Source of the DNA: an uncultured Prevotella sp.
Lineage (GTDB): Bacteria; Bacteroidota; Bacteroidia; Bacteroidales; Bacteroidaceae
Length of the DNA stretch: 64,000 nt
Direction of reading: 5' to 3'
Assembly (NCBI GenBank): GCA_900543585.1
Contig: UQRP01000009.1
Location: forward strand, 995-64,994
The translations under genes were made by a program, and so were the position numbers. Of the stretch, positions 58,837 through 64,000 are shown one piece after another. The notes below the pieces were generated by a model. That model had not been told where the DNA came from. It worked only from the letters and a program-made list of their open reading frames with translations, and ran no database searches. How positions within the stretch are numbered: the stretch's first letter is position 1; each line of letters begins with the position of its first letter.

Positions 58837-61788
58837 ATGAGAAAAATGCTATTAATGGCTATCCTGACACTATTGTCAACGGTAGCCATAGCTCAGAAGA
58901 GAGAGATCAGCGGCTCCATCATAGACTCCAAAAGCAAAGAGAGTATCCCTTTGGTGACAGTTCAGTTGCTGAAATCAGATTCCACTTTCCTCACCGGTGC
59001 CATGTCGGGTGACGATGGCAGCTTTAAGATGATTGCACCAAATAATGGGTCATTTATCCTGAAGTTGTCAAGCATTGGCTATAAGACCTTGACACGCCGC
59101 GTGAGTATCAGCCAGGACCAGGACGTTGCACTTGGCAAGGTGTCTCTGACACCCGACGCCATCATGCTGAAGGAAGCTACCGTGACAGCCCAGGCCCAAA
59201 AAGTTGTGGTCAAGGAGGACACCTTCGTCTATAATGCCAATGCCTACCGCACACCGGAGGGATCTACCATTGAAGAACTTGTCAAGCGCCTGCCCGGTGC
59301 TCAGGTTGATGACGACGGAAAGATAACCATCAATGGCAAAGAGGTGAAGAAAATACTTATTGACGGTAAAGAGTTTATGACCGGCGATACCAAGACTGCC
59401 ATCAAGAACATCCCCACCTCTATCATTGAGAAGGTGAAGTCCTACGATCAAAAGAGTGACCTCGCTCGCGTTACCGGTATCGACGACGGCGAGGAAGAGA
59501 CCGTCCTCGACTTCGGTGTGAAGAAGGGAATGGACAAAGGCCTCATGGTCAATGCCGATGTCGGTGTAGGAAACAAGAACCGTTACAGCAGCCGTCTTTT
59601 CGGTGGATATATGAATGGTGGTCTGCGACTCTTCGGCATGGGTAATGCCAACAATACCAACGACATGGGCTTCGGTGGCCGAGGAGGATTCTTTGGCGCA
59701 GGACGCAATGGCCTTAATGCCAGCAAGATGGCAGGTCTGAACATGAACTATGAAAAGAAAGACACGCTGAAGATGGATGCCAGCGTGAGATGGAATCACA
59801 GCGACGGAGATGTGCGCTCAAAGACGAGTACAGAGAACTACGTGAGCACTGTAGGGTCTTTCTCCAACAGTCTCAGCCAAAGCTATTCGCGCGGCAACAG
59901 CCTCGACGCCAGAGCCAGGATAGAGTGGACACCAGACTCCTTGACCAACATCATGTTCCGCCCCACTCTTCAACTAAGCAAGACTGACGGACTGTCGCTG
60001 AGCACCTCAGCGTCATACAATGCCAACCCCTACACACTGGTCTCAGACCCGTTGTCAGCAGAAGCCTTTGAGAAACTTGCAGAAGAGGACGCCATCGTCA
60101 ACTCCAGCAGCGCACAGAGCATTACCTACTCCAAGACAAACAGCGTTGGCGCCATGTTGCAAATCAACCGAAGGCTGAACAGCAAAGGACGCAACGTAAC
60201 CCTGAGAGGTGACATGAGCTACAGTGATACTAAGTCCAACTCACTGTCTACCAATAATGTGCATCTCTATCAGTTGCAGAACGCCTTGGGCAACGACTCC
60301 ACCTACCAGACGAGTCGCTACAACCTCGCACCGCAGAAGAGCTTGAGCTACTCCGTCCAGGGAACCTATTCCGAGCCTTTGTGGAGAGCAACCTTCTTGC
60401 AGTTCAGATACCGGTTCACCTACAGCTACAGCAAAAGCGACCGTTCCACTTACGACTTCTCCAACCTCGGCGAAGACTTCTTCGCTGGGCTGACACCTGT
60501 CTACCGCAGTTGGGACAGTTACCTCAACCGGTTGGCAAACCCATATACCGACTATCTCGACAGCGACTTGAGTCGCTATTCCGAGTATAAGAACTACACG
60601 CACATGCTCGAACTCATGTTCCGCATGATACGTCAGAAATGGCAGCTCAACGCCGGCGTGATACTCCAGCCACAAATCTCGCACTATATACAAAACTACC
60701 AAGGGGTGTCTGTTGACACGACACGCACCGTCACCAACTTCACCCCTACCCTGGACTTCCGCTACAGATTTAACAAGCTCAGCAACTTGCGCATCAACTA
60801 CCGCGCCACTACCACGCAGCCAAGTATCTCACAGCTGCTCGCCATTACCGACGACTCTGACCCGCTGAATATCACCACCGGTAACCCGGGACTGAAGCCA
60901 GCTTTCAACCAGAATCTCCGTATGTTCTACAACGCATATTACGAGAAGACGAAGCAGTCGCTGATGACATTTGTCAACTACAGCAACACGCGCAACTCCA
61001 TCAGCAACCGCGTGACCTACGACGAGACGACAGGCGGCAGGCTGACAAGACCAGAAAATATCAACGGCAACTGGAGCGTGAGCTCTGCATTCATGTTCAA
61101 TACGCCCCTCGACTCTGCCGGTTTCTGGAATATCAACACCTTTGCCAACTTCAACTATGCCAATAACGTAGGTTATGTCAGTCTCTCGCGTGATGCCAAC
61201 TCATTGAAAAACACCACACGCGACCTTACCATCGGCGACCGCCTCGCTGGCAGCTACAGAAACGATTGGATAGAGATAGAGTTGAATGGGGCTTTCAACT
61301 ACCGACACTCCAACAACAAACTGATCCCCACCTCCAACTCCAATGTGTGGCAGTATAGCTATGGTGGCAGCATCATGCTTACAGCACCATGGGGCACAGC
61401 ATTGTCCACCGACATGAACATGAACTCACGCCGAGGATATACTGACAACTCTCTGAATACCAACGAGCTGGTATGGAATGCGCAACTCTCACAGAGCTTT
61501 CTGAGAGGACGCCCCCTGACCGTGATGCTGCAATTCTACGACATTCTCCATGAGCAGAGCAACTTCAGCCGTAACATCACAGCATCGATGCGCAGCGATA
61601 CGGAATACAACAGTATCAACAGCTATGTGATGCTTCATGTCAACTACCGCCTCAACCTCTTTGGCGGTATGCAGGCCCGTCAGGGCGGCGACCGCCGCGG
61701 CTTCGGCGGTCCTCCTAATGGCGGTCCAGGCAGAGGCTTCGGCGGAAGACCACCACGCGGTGGCGGTTTCGGTCGGCCCATGGACTAA
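58837..61788 (+). CDS. Outer membrane beta-barrel protein (paralog of 51830-54622) with Gly/Arg/Pro-rich tail
   Basis: 'KEDTFVYNANAYRTPEGSTIEELVKRLPG', 'GNPGLKP' and 'SYVMLHVNYRLN', then a GGRPP tail. Confidence 0.8.
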   Translation: MRKMLLMAILTLLSTVAIAQKREISGSIIDSKSKESIPLVTVQLLKSDSTFLTGAMSGDDGSFKMIAPNNGSFILKLSSIGYKTLTRRVSISQDQDVALGKVSLTPDAIMLKEATVTAQAQKVVVKEDTFVYNANAYRTPEGSTIEELVKRLPGAQVDDDGKITINGKEVKKILIDGKEFMTGDTKTAIKNIPTSIIEKVKSYDQKSDLARVTGIDDGEEETVLDFGVKKGMDKGLMVNADVGVGNKNRYSSRLFGGYMNGGLRLFGMGNANNTNDMGFGGRGGFFGAGRNGLNASKMAGLNMNYEKKDTLKMDASVRWNHSDGDVRSKTSTENYVSTVGSFSNSLSQSYSRGNSLDARARIEWTPDSLTNIMFRPTLQLSKTDGLSLSTSASYNANPYTLVSDPLSAEAFEKLAEEDAIVNSSSAQSITYSKTNSVGAMLQINRRLNSKGRNVTLRGDMSYSDTKSNSLSTNNVHLYQLQNALGNDSTYQTSRYNLAPQKSLSYSVQGTYSEPLWRATFLQFRYRFTYSYSKSDRSTYDFSNLGEDFFAGLTPVYRSWDSYLNRLANPYTDYLDSDLSRYSEYKNYTHMLELMFRMIRQKWQLNAGVILQPQISHYIQNYQGVSVDTTRTVTNFTPTLDFRYRFNKLSNLRINYRATTTQPSISQLLAITDDSDPLNITTGNPGLKPAFNQNLRMFYNAYYEKTKQSLMTFVNYSNTRNSISNRVTYDETTGGRLTRPENINGNWSVSSAFMFNTPLDSAGFWNINTFANFNYANNVGYVSLSRDANSLKNTTRDLTIGDRLAGSYRNDWIEIELNGAFNYRHSNNKLIPTSNSNVWQYSYGGSIMLTAPWGTALSTDMNMNSRRGYTDNSLNTNELVWNAQLSQSFLRGRPLTVMLQFYDILHEQSNFSRNITASMRSDTEYNSINSYVMLHVNYRLNLFGGMQARQGGDRRGFGGPPNGGPGRGFGGRPPRGGGFGRPMD

Positions 61789-61798
61789 GACCATGCAC

Positions 61799-61875
61799 GG
61801 CATATGCCAACGACATCTGTGGCATATGCCAACGATATCTACGGCATATGCCAACGAATTCCATGGCATATGCCA
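61799..61875. repeat. 22-bp-period array of GGCATATGCCA palindromes (4 cores)
   Basis: Cores at 61799, 61821, 61843 and 61865; same family as 5094-5220. Confidence 0.9.
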
Positions 61876-61912
61876 GGAACCATCCACAGCGCTTGTTAGC
61901 AATAATAAAACA

Positions 61913-61947
61913 ATGAGGGCGAGGTAATTACCCCGCCCTCATGTTTT
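61913..61947. terminator. Bidirectional intrinsic terminator
   Basis: atgagggcg...cgccctcat with a T tract downstream and an A tract upstream. Confidence 0.75.
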
Positions 61948-61972
61948 CTCTATCAAAATATAACAAAGTCTG

Positions 61973-62401
61973 TTACTTCTCCTCCTCTTTTTCTTCCTCC
62001 GGAGCGAAAGTAGCTTTGAAATCCGTGTAGCCGTTCTCCACAAGGATGTTGTACCACTGCAACAGCTTCTTGATGTCGCTGTCGTGGACGCGGTCACGGT
62101 CGTAAGAGGGCAGGACCTCAGCGAAATAGTCGCGGAGCTCGGAAGAAGGACACTTCTTATAGTTGATGGAAGCCTTCTTAGAACCTTCTTTCTCGCCCAC
62201 CTTTGTCAGCACCTCCCACAAGGGAATATCTTCAGCATCGGTATACATTGCGATATCACCTAAGCTCGTCACACGGTCGCTGGCAAAAGCCGGCTGACGA
62301 CGGTGAGAAGCGTCGATAGCCTCAACGATGAGGTTCAGTTTGCCACGGGACACGAGCTTGTAAAGCCCTGGCTTGCCCGCAATAGAAAGTATTGTCTCCA
62401 T
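61973..62401 (-). CDS. DUF5606-like conserved Bacteroidota protein
   Basis: 'ILSIAGKPGLYKL', 'SLGDIAMYT' and 'YDRDRVH.SDIKKL..WYN.L'. Confidence 0.75.
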   Translation of the reverse strand: METILSIAGKPGLYKLVSRGKLNLIVEAIDASHRRQPAFASDRVTSLGDIAMYTDAEDIPLWEVLTKVGEKEGSKKASINYKKCPSSELRDYFAEVLPSYDRDRVHDSDIKKLLQWYNILVENGYTDFKATFAPEEEKEEEK

Positions 62402-62435
62402 AATATTAATATTTTGTTAATTGTTATATCTAAGT

Positions 62436-63005
62436 TTATTGTGCAGCTATGTTATCCAGCAGCCGTGTTATCTGCGTTTCCAAATCAGCAACCCCATCGT
62501 TGTTGATGACAAAATCGCACAGCGCTGCCACTTTTTCCTGCGACCATTGTCGCCCTATCCACTCAAGAGCCCGCTCTCTCGTGATGCCATCGCGAAGCAT
62601 GACCCGCCTTAGGCGTATCTCCAAAGGAGCCGTCACGCACACTTTATAGTCGAAAGGAACCCTGTGGATGAAGCCACTGTCGAAAAGGATAGCACTCTCC
62701 AGCCACTGCATGCCGCTATGCAAAAAGTCATCGGCCACAGCGGGATGAATGATGTCGTTGACGGCCTGCTTGTGAGTCTCTGACTCAAGGAGGAACTGCG
62801 CCAGCACCCGCTTCTGGAGTACCATCCCAGAATAGACGCTATCGCCTACAAGGCGGCAAAGTGCATCCCTCAACTTTACATCTGTCGCCCAGAGACGCTT
62901 AGCAGCACTGTCGCAGTCGTAGACACGGATGCCACGATTTTCCAAGAGATGGCAGACAAAGCTCTTGCCACTGCCTATGCCACCTGTAATAGCCACGTAC
63001 CTCAT
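62436..63005 (-). CDS. coaE: Dephospho-CoA kinase
   Basis: 'AITGGIGSGKS', 'IIHPAV' and 'R..RVMLRD'. Confidence 0.9.
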   Translation of the reverse strand: MRYVAITGGIGSGKSFVCHLLENRGIRVYDCDSAAKRLWATDVKLRDALCRLVGDSVYSGMVLQKRVLAQFLLESETHKQAVNDIIHPAVADDFLHSGMQWLESAILFDSGFIHRVPFDYKVCVTAPLEIRLRRVMLRDGITRERALEWIGRQWSQEKVAALCDFVINNDGVADLETQITRLLDNIAAQ

Positions 63006-63985
63006 TGTTGCTCTATAAGATAATCAACCTGGTCAGTCTCAAGTTTGGCTGACCGCGCAAAAGTTGAACGATTGCGAAGATACAGTTTGCACTTATCAGA
63101 CGGATGAGCAGAAATCTCGTTATAGTCGACCGTCACAGCAAAGTCGGACGGTTGGATCAGCCGGTAAGCCTTGGCACCGACGGTATAGGTGACCTTCACG
63201 GTCTGTGGGAACGTGCGGATGGTCAAGCTTTCTGGCTTATTGACAGCGGTAATAGGCACTTCAATGCTGCCCTCGGTAAGGATATCGGGATACAGCGTGA
63301 CCGTCACGGACTCGGGGACTATCTTTGCTCCCGGAATCTTCTTCAAGAAGACAGTGCGCTTCACCGTGGCATCGAAGTTAGAGATATCGAGGCGGTCGGT
63401 ATATACATTCTCTATCTTATCAAGCACCTCCCGGCTGGCATAGACCGTAGCAAAGTCAGGGGTTATCTGCGTATGGGCAAGATAGTAATTGCCACCAGGG
63501 ACTATGGAGCCTACGAGCTGAATCTTGATACGGCGGTTCAGACCATAGTTGAAAGTGAAGTCCAACTGACTGGCTTTCAATGCCGTTATGGATGTTGAAT
63601 TGTAGAGTTGTTGCCGTATCAGCCTTTGCAGGTCAGAGGAAGGTACCGAGCCCCGGTCGGTCTGCTTGTTGGCATAAGTAGAGAAATTGAGTTTCAAGGG
63701 CCGCAGCTTATTACTGGTCTCATACATCATGATGACATATCCCTTGTCACGCACCGAGACACGCAGGGTGTCGGAGAGTTCCTGTGTAATGACAACGTTC
63801 TTCGGGACCCCGACAAGACGCATAGGAACGCCGAACTCCACCTCGTAGGTCTCATTGAGCGTCATCATCAACCAAAAGATGCTGCTCAAAGCGAGGAAGA
63901 AGAGGAAAATCAAGAACTCCTTACCCGAGAAGCCGGATAAGAGTTTCCCGAAGAAATGGTAAATCCGCTCAAATATCTTCATCAT
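63002..63985 (-). CDS. YbbR/CdaR-like domain protein
   Basis: N-terminal TM 'FLFFLALS.IFW' followed by repeated beta domains; usual position next to coaE. Confidence 0.7.
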   Translation of the reverse strand: MMKIFERIYHFFGKLLSGFSGKEFLIFLFFLALSSIFWLMMTLNETYEVEFGVPMRLVGVPKNVVITQELSDTLRVSVRDKGYVIMMYETSNKLRPLKLNFSTYANKQTDRGSVPSSDLQRLIRQQLYNSTSITALKASQLDFTFNYGLNRRIKIQLVGSIVPGGNYYLAHTQITPDFATVYASREVLDKIENVYTDRLDISNFDATVKRTVFLKKIPGAKIVPESVTVTLYPDILTEGSIEVPITAVNKPESLTIRTFPQTVKVTYTVGAKAYRLIQPSDFAVTVDYNEISAHPSDKCKLYLRNRSTFARSAKLETDQVDYLIEQQ

Positions 63986-64000
63986 TCACAACACATAAAC

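Overview
This is chromosomal DNA from a Bacteroidales bacterium, most likely Prevotella-like. The evidence is TAnnTTTG -7 promoter boxes before many genes, a SusC/SusD pair, and the rlmN-pdxA-lptE-secG gene order. Most of the window is housekeeping or envelope genes: rlmN, a degenerate pdxA, a sigma-54-type activator, lptE, secG, tRNA-His, udk, rpmE, a glutathione peroxidase, trxB, mfd, a split menaquinone cluster, aroB and coaE. The most striking structure is at 236-1462. There a single AT-rich GxxExxY (PD-(D/E)XK-like) gene is flanked by two ~172-bp inverted repeats, each of which folds into a long branched hairpin. The whole unit is bounded by a 34-bp direct repeat that duplicates the 3' end of the upstream gene, so it looks like a minimal mobile element with no recognisable transposase or integrase. 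Other items of interest: a probable extracellular nucleic-acid scavenging locus (secreted nucleases, TonB-dependent receptor, OB-fold lipoproteins, UDG, udk); a HigBA module beside an origin-like non-coding segment; a shared 21-bp-period promoter motif before two unknown exported proteins; two families of intergenic palindromic repeats; and an ECF sigma cassette inserted between menB and menC. All calls come from reading the sequence and recalled motifs; no searches were run.
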